Notes under the pieces: model-generated
Databases searched by the model: none
What the model saw: the letters and a program-made list of their open reading frames with translations, nothing else
Told to the model about the DNA's origin: nothing
Shown here: positions 29,375-39,435 of the stretch, piece by piece
Position numbering within the stretch: position 1 is the first letter of the stretch
How the letters are laid out: every line of letters starts with the position of its first letter
Position numbers and translations under genes: made by a program
Assembly (NCBI GenBank): GCA_963768055.1
Contig: CAVYGN010000001.1
Span: forward strand, 544,001-608,000
Length of the DNA stretch: 64,000 bases
Reading direction: 5' to 3'
From: an uncultured Spirochaetota bacterium
GTDB lineage: Bacteria > Spirochaetota > Brevinematia > Brevinematales > JAOACQ01

Positions 29375-30637
29375 CTATTCTCTCCCCGATTCTTTCATTT
29401 TAATCTTTTTATACATATCGCTCTCCCCGATTTCAAAAAGAGACGGCCAGATTTTATATGTCATTTCTTTTGGCAAAGGCACAATTTTACTTTTCTCAAT
29501 ATGATTCCTGAAATGATGCACGATACACTCCCGTACCGGAAAACGGCACATCCTTGTAAACGAATCCCAGATTACGGAGAATCTCTCATTTTTCACATTC
29601 CCGATCCCGGCTTTTAACAGAACGCATGGCGTCACAAATCCTTCCGAATCTATATATACATTTTGTCCGGCCGTTGCCATGCATCCGAAATTATAACTTT
29701 CCTCATTATACCATGGCATAACAATCGATATTTTTCTACCGGATCTGTTTTGCTTCTTATAATAGTCGATCAGTTCTTTTTTATTGCTTTCAGTAAGGTA
29801 AAAATTTGTATCATTAGTTTTTATAGCATTTCCAACCGGACGTATTTCATTGATCTGAATAGAGTGAGCGCCAAGCGATTCTGCAAAATCAACAACCTTA
29901 TATATTTCTTTCGTTATAACCATATCACTTGTAGTGCAACTGACAACAGAAACATAAAATCCGAGTTTAACCGATTCCTTTATTGTAAAAATGGCCGATT
30001 CATATGCTTTATCATTATGCCTTCGTTTATTATGTACAGATGCATCATAATGATCCAGGCTTACACATATTCCATTCAGCCCCGCTTCCCGCAGAGCGGC
30101 CAGTTTTTCACATGTTGCTCCGATACCTGAGGTAAATATACGGGTATCCAGGCGCTTGCTCGAATAACGCACCATCTCAGCCAGGTCATCAAATCGCATC
30201 AAAGGCTCACCGCCGACGAAGAAAACGATGAAAAACTCCTTATCGATGATGTCGTCTATTGTATTTTTTAGTATTTCCAGCGATAAATCATTTTCTTTTA
30301 TCTGTGTATTCTGGACATGACAGTGATCGCAGCAGCATAGACATTGGTTTGTTATGGATATTTGAGCGTAATTCGGTTTCAACGGATAGCGGTCAACGCT
30401 GTTATTTTCAAGCATCTTATTGAAAAATGATCCGGGAAAATAGGGCATAAACGGGTTTGAGAAAAACTTATTTCCTACGGAGATATATTTTGCATCGTTT
30501 AATTTAGAGGCAATGAGAAATTGTTTTCGAAGTGTGAATAATAATCCGGAAAAAGGCGACTTACCGAGAATAAAAGATAAACAATTGTATCGAAGGATAT
30601 AGAAAAAGATACGGATTTTAATGATATACTGCTTCAT
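29375..30637 (-). CDS. Radical SAM protein with SPASM/twitch-like C-terminus
   Basis: CLCCCDHC (CxxxCxxC), GGEPL, VSLD, GCMATA...YIDSEGFVTPC...IGNV. Confidence 0.88.
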   Translation of the reverse strand: MKQYIIKIRIFFYILRYNCLSFILGKSPFSGLLFTLRKQFLIASKLNDAKYISVGNKFFSNPFMPYFPGSFFNKMLENNSVDRYPLKPNYAQISITNQCLCCCDHCHVQNTQIKENDLSLEILKNTIDDIIDKEFFIVFFVGGEPLMRFDDLAEMVRYSSKRLDTRIFTSGIGATCEKLAALREAGLNGICVSLDHYDASVHNKRRHNDKAYESAIFTIKESVKLGFYVSVVSCTTSDMVITKEIYKVVDFAESLGAHSIQINEIRPVGNAIKTNDTNFYLTESNKKELIDYYKKQNRSGRKISIVMPWYNEESYNFGCMATAGQNVYIDSEGFVTPCVLLKAGIGNVKNERFSVIWDSFTRMCRFPVRECIVHHFRNHIEKSKIVPLPKEMTYKIWPSLFEIGESDMYKKIKMKESGRE

Positions 30638-31434
30638 AAGTTACCTCTATTTTCTATTAAGAAAGTAAATATAATATAGATCACCGGCGAGAGAAGAATC
30701 ATGCTATCAAGTCTATCAAGCATCCCGCCTTGCGGGCCGAGAATATTGGAAAAGTCCTTTATCCTCAATTGACGTTTTATTGCACTTACAAGAAGGTCGC
30801 CAGCAGTTGCACATATAAATACGGTGATCATGATCGTTACCGCATTTAGTAATGTCATTTCGCCAGATAGAAAAAGCAGGAAATAAGTCGTTGCGGCGAT
30901 GAAAGCGAAGAAAAAACCGCCGATCAGGCCGCTTATTGTTTTTCGAGGGCTGATTGATGGAATAAGGAAGGGGCCGCCGAAATTCGTTCCTACAACCTGT
31001 GAATATGCATCGGCTATTGCGAGTATTAAAAATATGTATAATAACTTTGTCCCGTCGATAACATATGATAGCCGGATAAAACATAACGGCAGCAGAATGA
31101 GAAGAATTAAAATTACTATTGATAATAATATTTTTCTATGGAGCGGAAGCGAGCTTTTTTTTATCTGCACCGCGAATTCAACCGCTGCAATGAGCGTCAG
31201 GAGAATAAGCAGGATATAAAAACAATATTCACAAAAGATGATTGCAGAGAAAATCGCGGCCTGAAACAGAACAAATCCGACAAACTTCTTTCGAACTCCT
31301 GTTTTCGAATCCTGCAATAAAGCGGTTTTATTTGAACCAAATATTTTTTTGAGAATCGTATCAATGACGAGCGCACTGACAGACCAGACTGAGATGTATA
31401 GATAAAAAGTTAAAATGTCATGTATGCTATGCAT
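30634..31434 (-). CDS. Phosphatidate cytidylyltransferase (CdsA-like)
   Basis: ISPRKTISG, GDLLVSAIKRQLRIKDFSNILGPQGGMLDRLDS; start taken at the ATG overlapping the upstream stop. Confidence 0.88.
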   Translation of the reverse strand: MHSIHDILTFYLYISVWSVSALVIDTILKKIFGSNKTALLQDSKTGVRKKFVGFVLFQAAIFSAIIFCEYCFYILLILLTLIAAVEFAVQIKKSSLPLHRKILLSIVILILLILLPLCFIRLSYVIDGTKLLYIFLILAIADAYSQVVGTNFGGPFLIPSISPRKTISGLIGGFFFAFIAATTYFLLFLSGEMTLLNAVTIMITVFICATAGDLLVSAIKRQLRIKDFSNILGPQGGMLDRLDSMILLSPVIYIIFTFLIENRGNL

Positions 31435-32341
31435 TGAAACCCGCCGGAACACGTAATTGTAATGACGATTTATGGCAGCGAATTTTCCATAAATTATTAG
31501 GCGGTAAGTCCTCTCCGTCTCCAAACGCAGGCACAGCATCTTTGTAGGTAATAGTAATTTCTTCCACTTCATTGCGAATAAGCCATTGATCTTTGTTATA
31601 TAGTATGCCAAGTTTAAGTTTAACCAGCGATTTGAGAAGTGACAGACCGTGAGGATTACTAAATACGACAACATGAAATTTCCCGTCGTTTGGTATCGTT
31701 TGCGGCGCGAGTACGATTTGCTTGCCGAGATTCGGCTGGTTTGTGAATATTATCGCGAGGTGTTTTATATCTTTCCTGTCATTGTCTATGATAAGCGATG
31801 CGTGAAGAGGGATAGGACATTTAAATATAGAATGCCAGCAAAGCAGTACGGAATATAGCGCGCCTTGTGTGGCCCTGTATAACAATTCCCCGATCTTCGA
31901 TAATTTGATGCGATTAGCGCTATCGGCAATATTGTATCCGATGCCGAATCCGCCGCCGGTAAGAATGTGCCTGCCGTTTGCGCTAACTGTATCATAACCG
32001 ATAGTCTTGCCATGTTGAAGTACATGAAGAGCATCCGCATGTCTGGCCGGAATACCGACAAAAGATGCAAAATCATTTGCAGTTCCGGATGGGAGTATAT
32101 TAACTTCAATATTTTTTCCGATTATATGCTGAATGGAATGATGGATAGTGCCGTCTCCCCCGACAATAAGAATTTTACTAAATCCATCGGAATATTTTAT
32201 CCATGAAGGAGTAAGCTTATCCTCTTTAGTTAGCGAATGAAAACTGATGTCGCCCCAATAAGTATTGTTTCGAAAAAATGGACGGGGGTCAAGGCATTGC
32301 CCGCAATGTGCATTAGGATTAAATAGACATAATGTTTTCAT
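31427..32341 (-). CDS. Diacylglycerol/lipid kinase family protein (YegS/DgkB-like)
   Basis: FNPNAH, VGGDGT, LPSGTANDFA, DGE. Confidence 0.88.
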   Translation of the reverse strand: MKTLCLFNPNAHCGQCLDPRPFFRNNTYWGDISFHSLTKEDKLTPSWIKYSDGFSKILIVGGDGTIHHSIQHIIGKNIEVNILPSGTANDFASFVGIPARHADALHVLQHGKTIGYDTVSANGRHILTGGGFGIGYNIADSANRIKLSKIGELLYRATQGALYSVLLCWHSIFKCPIPLHASLIIDNDRKDIKHLAIIFTNQPNLGKQIVLAPQTIPNDGKFHVVVFSNPHGLSLLKSLVKLKLGILYNKDQWLIRNEVEEITITYKDAVPAFGDGEDLPPNNLWKIRCHKSSLQLRVPAGFNA

Positions 32342-32345
32342 TTGA

Positions 32346-33068
32346 TTATACTTTTTTTTCAAATGCGAGAAACTGGTTTTCAATGGAGGAACGATTTTTC
32401 TCAATATCCTCGATACGCCAATTCCCGGTGTCTATTGCAGGGAAAAAATAGATATCGATAAAACCTCTTCTGGCCTCGAATCCTCTGCCGATATTTACCG
32501 ATTCGGGGACATGAATATAAAATGGCGATATGGGAATATGAAGATTTGTTGCCATGTGAAAGGCTCCCCTGTTAAAATGTTCCAATTTAAAGCGGGGTAT
32601 AAGGTCGCCTTCCGGAGTTAAAAATACCGATTTTCCTGTCGTTCGTAAATACTCTTCGGCATACTGAAAGGTTTCTTTACGGCCGGCCGGATTATCTTGT
32701 TGCGGTATAAAAAATGGTTTTACGCATAGTCCTATTAGATGAAGCGGCCAATAACGCCTGTTTGTCGCCGATATAAAATAAGTGGTATTTTCAAGTGCGA
32801 GAGCTCCAATTACAAAAAAATCAACAACCGAACGATGATTCGCAATATAGATACATTGTTTATCCGTCATATTTTCAGTGCCGTGTATTCTATATCGAAT
32901 TCCATAGATTTTAAGGCAGGCAAGGAAAACCGGGCGAAGGAAATATCTGCTGTAAACCGTCCCAATATTTATAAATGGACGTAATAGAAAAACAAATGGA
33001 GACAATAATGAAACAAAAGTAATAAGTATAAGAGCGAGAGCCGCTCTGAAATATTTACCGAAATTCAT
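32346..33068 (-). CDS. Lysophospholipid acyltransferase (PlsC-like)
   Basis: NHRSVVD (HxxxxD), LTPEG, FNRGAF. Confidence 0.88.
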   Translation of the reverse strand: MNFGKYFRAALALILITFVSLLSPFVFLLRPFINIGTVYSRYFLRPVFLACLKIYGIRYRIHGTENMTDKQCIYIANHRSVVDFFVIGALALENTTYFISATNRRYWPLHLIGLCVKPFFIPQQDNPAGRKETFQYAEEYLRTTGKSVFLTPEGDLIPRFKLEHFNRGAFHMATNLHIPISPFYIHVPESVNIGRGFEARRGFIDIYFFPAIDTGNWRIEDIEKNRSSIENQFLAFEKKV

Positions 33069-33071
33069 TTT

Positions 33072-34010
33072 TTACTCCTGTTTTTTCCCGGCAATGATAG
33101 TTTGCATGGAAAGATTTAATTGTTTTTCAAATAGCAATAACGGCATTAATAAAACCTGTCCGACAAAATACGGTGCAATAAACTTTTTGATATCAAACCC
33201 TTTCCCTTTAAGAAATTGAAATACAAATCCTGTAAAAAGATAGAAATATGCCGGAAATGCGCCGTACGGAAGATAGTCTATAATTTCGAAACCTTCGCTT
33301 TTAACCATATCAATAAAAAGTTTCTTTGAGAGCAGCATAGTATGCTGTGGGGCTTGCACTCCGGGCCAGCGTTTACCATAGAGTTTATATGTCAGCGAAT
33401 CCAGCCGCGGTACTTCTATAATAATCCGCCCGTTTTGCGCAAGAATATTTTTTGCCTTTTGTAAAGATTTTCGCGGGTCATAATCATGTTCTAAAAAATG
33501 CCACATGGTTATGAGGTTGTAGTGATCTTCAGGCAGCTGCTGTTCATAAAAGAGGCCCAGATGAAAATCGATATCATTAAAACCCGGGTAATAGGACATA
33601 TCTTTAAAATCTACACCCGCGATTTTCGAATTGAACCGCTTATTTATCATATGAAGGAATGTTCCAACGGCACATCCGACATCTAAAACTTCACTTGAGG
33701 AATTCAAATTAACGTATTTTTTAACGATATTTACCTTGCTCCTGTCATGTTTACTCATAGCCCAATTAAACAAAGGTGTTAATATTCCGTAAGATTGCGC
33801 TTTCCGGTGGGCAATATAAGCATCTGTATAAAATAATTTTACATCATCTATGGTTAATCGGGGATTCTGATAAATCAGTCCGCAGGAATTGCATTTAACA
33901 TAAGGAAAATCTCCGGAGATGCCTGTTAGATCATCCTGTCCATAGAATTGGTGAGAATATTCCGTACTATAGCAATTATAACAGGAAACAATTTCGGTTG
34001 GATAGCTCAT
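33072..34010 (-). CDS. Class I SAM-dependent methyltransferase with N-terminal Zn-finger-like Cys pairs
   Basis: CYNC...CNSCGL, LDVGCAVG, WHFLEH, IEVP. Confidence 0.88.
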   Translation of the reverse strand: MSYPTEIVSCYNCYSTEYSHQFYGQDDLTGISGDFPYVKCNSCGLIYQNPRLTIDDVKLFYTDAYIAHRKAQSYGILTPLFNWAMSKHDRSKVNIVKKYVNLNSSSEVLDVGCAVGTFLHMINKRFNSKIAGVDFKDMSYYPGFNDIDFHLGLFYEQQLPEDHYNLITMWHFLEHDYDPRKSLQKAKNILAQNGRIIIEVPRLDSLTYKLYGKRWPGVQAPQHTMLLSKKLFIDMVKSEGFEIIDYLPYGAFPAYFYLFTGFVFQFLKGKGFDIKKFIAPYFVGQVLLMPLLLFEKQLNLSMQTIIAGKKQE

Positions 34011-34020
34011 AGAGCCTCCT

Positions 34021-34809
34021 TTAAAATTCCCCGGGAATTGAAAGCAAAATTAAATATATTATACCACTGATTACACTAAAAATCTTATTACCGTCCGTTC
34101 TTCGCTCCTTTAGAACAAATAATTGTAGAAAACATGAAATTACAATGATTGATAATTTGAATATTGTTGGGACAAAATGCATTGTGAAAATAATGGAAAG
34201 TATGGCAAATAAAATATACGTTGTTGCGAAAGCTGCATATCCGAAATAGCGGAATACCCTGTTATTCATGTGTTCGTTATCATGAAACACTTCATATATG
34301 AGAGCGATGCAATAAATAATGCCAAGTTGAATAAAAACGCGAAGATTGCAAGGCATACCGAAAGCGAGAAAACTGATTGCCGGATATTTTATCATAACTA
34401 GAAATGAACGAGCAATATTACCAATATATTTACCGGCTAAAAGGGCAATAATATAGTAGAGTAAAAGAGAAATCGCGGCTGATAAAATACCGGCCGAAAA
34501 TAATACAAGGATTAAAAAATGAAGGAAAATCAAAATAAAAATAAGCCATACGATAAGAATGCGGGCATTATTGGCTGGAATATAAATTCTTTCCGGATGG
34601 CTGACACGGTCATTCCTTCGGGATAAGAGATCGTCTAATAATCGAAAAGCAAAAAGCCATATTATTATAACTGCAAAACGTATCGCGAAAATCTTAAAAT
34701 CCGGTAATTGAAAAATTGACGGCTGTAATCCGACGCCGAGTAAAAACGCTAGTGGAATGTAAAGAACCGGATAAAATCGTTCTTTAATATAAAGGATCAG
34801 TATTTTCAT
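34021..34809 (-). CDS. UbiA-prenyltransferase-like membrane protein
   Basis: YIKERF start, FRLLDDL...DRVSHPER, YEVFHD; many transmembrane segments. Confidence 0.6.
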   Translation of the reverse strand: MKILILYIKERFYPVLYIPLAFLLGVGLQPSIFQLPDFKIFAIRFAVIIIWLFAFRLLDDLLSRRNDRVSHPERIYIPANNARILIVWLIFILIFLHFLILVLFSAGILSAAISLLLYYIIALLAGKYIGNIARSFLVMIKYPAISFLAFGMPCNLRVFIQLGIIYCIALIYEVFHDNEHMNNRVFRYFGYAAFATTYILFAILSIIFTMHFVPTIFKLSIIVISCFLQLFVLKERRTDGNKIFSVISGIIYLILLSIPGEF

Positions 34810-37469
34810 TGAATTGCCATCCGTTTTATAAAACCATCATTTGCATTGAGTAATATATGCTCTCCGTTCTTCAGTATATTTGTCGCATTATCGACGCCTA
34901 TGAGTGCAGGTATTCCATATTCCCTGGCAATGATTGCACCATGAGAAAGCATACCGCCTCTTTCAAGGACAAGTCCTCCGATTAAAGGAAATGCAGGCGA
35001 CCAGCCGGGATCAGTTTGTCTTACTACAAGTATATCGCCTTTTTGAAGATATTGTATTTCCGAAATATCTTTAAGAATTCTAACGATACCGTCTACTTTT
35101 CCTTCACAGGCTATAATTCCTCTTAATGCTTCTCCATTGAACGTTTCAATATTCGATCCTGTTTTATTTTCAAGATCATCCGGATCAAAATATGTGTTTT
35201 CCGGAAGAATGAAATCATCAGGCGGAGTAATTTCAAAGTTTTTCAGATATTCTGCTTTTCGTTTTGCAACTATACTTTGTATAAGCGACGGTGCGACTAA
35301 ATGATTTATGTTAATAATTTCATCATATCTTAAAAAGAAAATATCCTCCTGCTTATCGATGCATCTTTTATTGGCTAGATGATAACCAATATCGATGAGA
35401 ATATGCCGGCAGCGATTATAGAGTTGGGCTTGTTTCAGGCGGGCACGCTCACGATAACGGATTCCTGAATGTGAAAAGTACAGGACGATTTTTATTATTT
35501 TAATCTCTATGTTCGCTCTAATAATATTTTTTGAATTTTTGATTGACGAGAAAAGCTCATTTTCTAATGATTTTCGCTTTTTCATTTGAACATCGATCTG
35601 CTCATTGGTTGTAAAAATCCCATCATTCAGATAAAATGAAAGTAATTCTATCAATTTTTCCGGCTCTTCTGAATAATCTTTACGAACCATGAGCAATTCG
35701 CCGGATATACGGAATCCCCATTCATGGCAATATCGGTTAAAATAATCGAGTATGGTTTCATAACGCGCATTATTCATAATTTCATGTAATATTTCATTCG
35801 CTGGTTTTTCCATGAATATAACACGGAGTTCAGGCTCTCTCAGTATCATATTCCGTAATCTAAATAATGCCGTTTGGGAATCCGTACTTACGACATCCGG
35901 TAATCCTGTGAGAAATGTATTTAAAGAACCGGAATAAGCAGGAGCAAATTCATTTATTACACTGCAAAGAAATCCGTATCCGAAAAGCGCCAATGCGTCT
36001 GCAAGAGACGCGTCCTTCCATTTATTCATGCGAATATTGATAAAACCTCGTAACGCGGTTTGTAAATCTTGCAGGGATTTTTGACCGCTATTTTTTTTAA
36101 CGAATGAATTTGCCCTGCTTTCAAAACGGCGAATATAAAACGGCAGCATAATTATATTTTTTAAGGCATAGATAAGGATTTTAATAATATACAATATCTT
36201 TGAAAGCGGGCTCATAGGCAGGATATTATCCTCTTGGGTGTGTTGCCCTTTAAAAATACCAATAAACGAATCCCAATACTTCCTGATGAGAGCGGGAAAT
36301 GGAAGCGCGTTTAAGCATTCATAGATATGACTCAGATTATAATACATTCTTCCGCAATGAAAATCGATAATTTGGGAAAAAGCAATCTCCAGATTTTTAA
36401 TAGATTGCCTCGATACTCCAAAAGCGATAGCCAGATTTTTAAAATAGTGATAATAGCCTTTTTGTGTAAATGAAATAAGAAACGGGGTCAGCGGCTCGGG
36501 AAAATTCTCATTTACATTTGTATTTGTCCAGATATGCATAATAGATGATGATTTGTCTTTTATTGTTGTTATCGGGCGAGACTGAACAATCCAAAGCTTT
36601 CCTGCTTTGTCAATCAACCACTCGATATCCTGATGAGTATCATTAAAAAAAGATCTGCATTGAATTGCGTATTGAGTCAGCTGTTTAATGCAAAACATAT
36701 TATTGTCGGATAATTGTTTATCAGTATTTTTATTTACAGGTAATATTTTGCAATCCATTCCATTAACATAAATATAATATCGCATTGGAGTTACTTTTCC
36801 GGAAACAAGCCCTTCACATGCGCCTTGAACTGATTCAAGAAGCATTGGAGATGATCCGGGATTACTGTCATTTAAAATATTTGTTTTAGTAAATAGTACA
36901 CCGGCTAATTCAGCTTCAATATATGGCTGTACTATAACTGAAAATCCGTAGAGTAAAGACTCCTTATTAATCTGGTATGTTATGCATCGGGAATTGTAGA
37001 AAGATACATAGGATTCAAGCAATGCTTGTCTGCATGCTTCTTTATGCGCGAGTGCCAGGGTATCGATTACAATAGAATCAAGCTGGCCGGCGAATGACGC
37101 TTGTGATGAATCTTCTCCTGCCGCAGAGCTTCGGAAGATAAGCCGGCATTCACCGAAATGTTCAATGATTTTCCGGTACACAGGAATAAAAATCGTATCC
37201 GGAATACCATGATTTCTGATATTATTCTCTATATTTCGCGATGCTTCCATTATAGATGAAAGAATATTACTAAATTTTGTCATAAATTCATGCGTTGTTT
37301 GTGATAATGATTGTATGAATCGGGAGAACACTTCCTGTGTAATGACAAGAGTCGGCGGTACCGGTAAATCATGCTCCAATAATGTGGAGAGATTGTTCGC
37401 TTTCCCCCCCAAGTTACCGGGATTCCTTACAGGAAGCGGACTACAATATTTGCTATGATTATTTTTCAT
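34806..37469 (-). CDS. PEP-utilising dikinase-like phosphotransferase (ATP-grasp + central domain + C-terminal phosphohistidine swivel; RPH/PigC-like layout)
   Basis: GGKANNL, RSSAAGEDS..ASFAGQ, DIEW, VQSRPIT, TDPGW, GGMLSHGAIIAREYGIPA. Confidence 0.88.
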   Translation of the reverse strand: MKNNHSKYCSPLPVRNPGNLGGKANNLSTLLEHDLPVPPTLVITQEVFSRFIQSLSQTTHEFMTKFSNILSSIMEASRNIENNIRNHGIPDTIFIPVYRKIIEHFGECRLIFRSSAAGEDSSQASFAGQLDSIVIDTLALAHKEACRQALLESYVSFYNSRCITYQINKESLLYGFSVIVQPYIEAELAGVLFTKTNILNDSNPGSSPMLLESVQGACEGLVSGKVTPMRYYIYVNGMDCKILPVNKNTDKQLSDNNMFCIKQLTQYAIQCRSFFNDTHQDIEWLIDKAGKLWIVQSRPITTIKDKSSSIMHIWTNTNVNENFPEPLTPFLISFTQKGYYHYFKNLAIAFGVSRQSIKNLEIAFSQIIDFHCGRMYYNLSHIYECLNALPFPALIRKYWDSFIGIFKGQHTQEDNILPMSPLSKILYIIKILIYALKNIIMLPFYIRRFESRANSFVKKNSGQKSLQDLQTALRGFINIRMNKWKDASLADALALFGYGFLCSVINEFAPAYSGSLNTFLTGLPDVVSTDSQTALFRLRNMILREPELRVIFMEKPANEILHEIMNNARYETILDYFNRYCHEWGFRISGELLMVRKDYSEEPEKLIELLSFYLNDGIFTTNEQIDVQMKKRKSLENELFSSIKNSKNIIRANIEIKIIKIVLYFSHSGIRYRERARLKQAQLYNRCRHILIDIGYHLANKRCIDKQEDIFFLRYDEIININHLVAPSLIQSIVAKRKAEYLKNFEITPPDDFILPENTYFDPDDLENKTGSNIETFNGEALRGIIACEGKVDGIVRILKDISEIQYLQKGDILVVRQTDPGWSPAFPLIGGLVLERGGMLSHGAIIAREYGIPALIGVDNATNILKNGEHILLNANDGFIKRMAIQ

Positions 37470-37544
37470 TTAAATTAAAATTCCTGCTGTTAAATATCCT
37501 ACCTCGAGACAGGCAAAACAGCAAAAAATCTATGTGATGTTCCG

Positions 37545-37762
37545 AAGCACAAAATGCGCTAATAATATAATGAATATCAGTCTCGTTACACAAAAGCGAG
37601 AGCGGCCAGTCCTTCAGTTTGGATGAAGCCTAAAACTTGTAGCGAAGGAACAGTCAAATGCAGCTACAGGGCTCTTCGGGTTGAAAGTGGATGGCGCATT
37701 CTAAAAGTTACCAGCGGAACTTGGGAGACCCAGACAGGCAGTCAAGAGCCATCGTAGAAGAA
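37545..37762 (+). mobile_element. Possible 5' remnant of a group II intron ribozyme (no reverse transcriptase)
   Basis: GGAACTTGGGAGACCC (37716-37731) followed by GGCAGTC...CCATCGTAG resembles conserved domain I-III segments; recognised from memory only. Confidence 0.3.
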
Positions 37763-37772
37763 TATCTTCAAA

Positions 37773-37822
37773 GCCACTCCATTGAAATTTTGATAAAAGT
37801 GCCAAGAGGGGATAAAATAAGG
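37773..37822 (+). repeat. Type-B intergenic element (right half) with TTGATA-N17-TAAAAT
   Basis: 37783-37808 is identical to 62851-62876 (26 nt). Confidence 0.85.
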
Positions 37823-37858
37823 AGATTTTAAGGGGATTATTATAATGATGGGCATAAG

Positions 37859-38503
37859 ATGATTGAATCAAAAGCATGGAACTGGAATGAAGATATCTAT
37901 AAGTATTGGAATGTTGCAGATGAATTTTTGCCAGTAGCATTAAAATGGAAATCCAAGAACTTTTCATCAGTATTAGATTTAGGATGCGGTATTGGTCGTA
38001 ATGCTCTTTTCCTTGCAAAAATGAATTTTGATGTCGATGCCTTTGATTTGTCATTAAACGGGTTAGCACAATTAATTAAAAGTGCAAAAGAAGAAAATTT
38101 AAATATAAAAATAAAAAACGGCGACATGCTACAATTGCCTTATAAAGATAATTATTTTGATTGTTTACTGGCATTTCATTCGATTTATCATACCGATTTA
38201 GAAGGCCTTAAAAAAGTTATAAGTGAAATAAATAGAGTCTTAAAAAACGGCGGGGAAATATTTATCACATTAAATTCAAAAAATAGTGAAGCCTGGGACT
38301 TATATTCAGAAAGGCGCATTGATAATTATACTTTGATAAAAACCGAGGGGCTTGAGATCGATGTTCCACATACTTATCTGAATTATGATGATGTATTGTT
38401 ATTATTAAAGGATTTCAATTTAATAAAAATTCAACAGATATTCGATTATTGGGAAAACAGGAAGTACGCTCATTATTTTGTGACTTGCAAAAAAGGGTTT
38501 TAA
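37859..38503 (+). CDS. Class I SAM-dependent methyltransferase (TehB-like)
   Basis: VLDLGCGIGRN, AFDLS, GDMLQLPY, RVLKNGG. Confidence 0.9.
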   Translation: MIESKAWNWNEDIYKYWNVADEFLPVALKWKSKNFSSVLDLGCGIGRNALFLAKMNFDVDAFDLSLNGLAQLIKSAKEENLNIKIKNGDMLQLPYKDNYFDCLLAFHSIYHTDLEGLKKVISEINRVLKNGGEIFITLNSKNSEAWDLYSERRIDNYTLIKTEGLEIDVPHTYLNYDDVLLLLKDFNLIKIQQIFDYWENRKYAHYFVTCKKGF

Positions 38504-38856
38504 TGATGAATGACAGTCATTTCTGGAATTCCCTCGATTCATTGATAAAATCAAATAGAATTGTCATTGACCGTCCAAAGGGCTCTGTTCATCCAAAATA
38601 TCCTGATTTAAAATATCCGATTGATTATGGCTATATTAAAGGAACAAAGTCAATGGATGGAAATTGCATTGACATATGGAAAGGCACCCTTGAAAAGAAT
38701 GAAATAATTGGAATATTCTGTACTTTCGATTTGATAAAAAAAGATTCTGAAATTAAAATAGCAATAGATTGTAATGATGATGAAATAAAAGAGATTTCAA
38801 AAATATATGAAACGGAATATATTAAAGGCATTTTTATAAAGAGAAATTCGATATGA
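38503..38856 (+). CDS. Small inorganic pyrophosphatase-like protein
   Basis: IDRPKGSVHP.YPDL.YPIDYGYI.GT.SMDG..ID; ATG overlaps the upstream TAA. Confidence 0.8.
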   Translation: MMNDSHFWNSLDSLIKSNRIVIDRPKGSVHPKYPDLKYPIDYGYIKGTKSMDGNCIDIWKGTLEKNEIIGIFCTFDLIKKDSEIKIAIDCNDDEIKEISKIYETEYIKGIFIKRNSI

Positions 38857-39347
38857 TAAAGGTATTGAATGAAGATTATTTAACAGATGTAATGACAATC
38901 ATTAAAGAAGTCATTATTCATATGAATGAACAAGGCATTGATCAATGGGATGAGGTTTATCCGAATATTGAAATTATCACCCAGGATTTAAAAGAAAAGT
39001 GCGCCTATGGATATTTTGATAACGATGAATTATCGGGTTATGTGGCTATAAACAAAACATATCCGCCACCATACGATAAATTCAAATGGAAAGTAAATAA
39101 TGGTGAATTTTTAGTTGTTCACAGATTAATGATAAAGCCTGATAAACAGGGAAAGGGAATTGCAAAGCAGCTTATGAGTTTTGCCGAGGAATTTATTAGG
39201 GGAAATGGATATAAAGCAATCAGATTAGATGCTTTTTCCCTGAATCCCGTAGCAATAAGTCTTTATGAACATATTGGATACAGTAAAGTTGGATCTGGCG
39301 CAAGCAGAAAAGGTGGTTTATGTTATTTTTATGAGAAAGTGTTATAG
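38853..39347 (+). CDS. GNAT-family N-acetyltransferase
   Basis: IDQWDEVYP, VHRLMIKPDKQGKGIA, RLDAF..NP.A..LYE..GY. Confidence 0.9.
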   Translation: MIKVLNEDYLTDVMTIIKEVIIHMNEQGIDQWDEVYPNIEIITQDLKEKCAYGYFDNDELSGYVAINKTYPPPYDKFKWKVNNGEFLVVHRLMIKPDKQGKGIAKQLMSFAEEFIRGNGYKAIRLDAFSLNPVAISLYEHIGYSKVGSGASRKGGLCYFYEKVL

Positions 39348-39360
39348 ATCCAATCTTTGA

Positions 39361-39399
39361 GCTCTTCCCACCTCTGCTCTGCCTGCTGTGAGAGTGTGG
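39361..39399 (+). repeat. Type-A intergenic hairpin element (divergent copy)
   Basis: GCTCTTCCCACCTCTGCTCTGCCTGCTGTGAGAGTGTGG, 13 nt after a stop codon. Confidence 0.8.
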
Positions 39400-39435
39400 T
39401 AATGACGAATATGACATATTTGTAAGAAAACTATT

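Noticed and set aside
34806..37469. Rifampicin phosphotransferase (rph) or PEP synthase (ppsA) call
   Set aside because: Domain order fits RPH-like enzymes, but the context is lipid biosynthesis and the substrate domain cannot be assigned by eye; PpsA has a different domain order.
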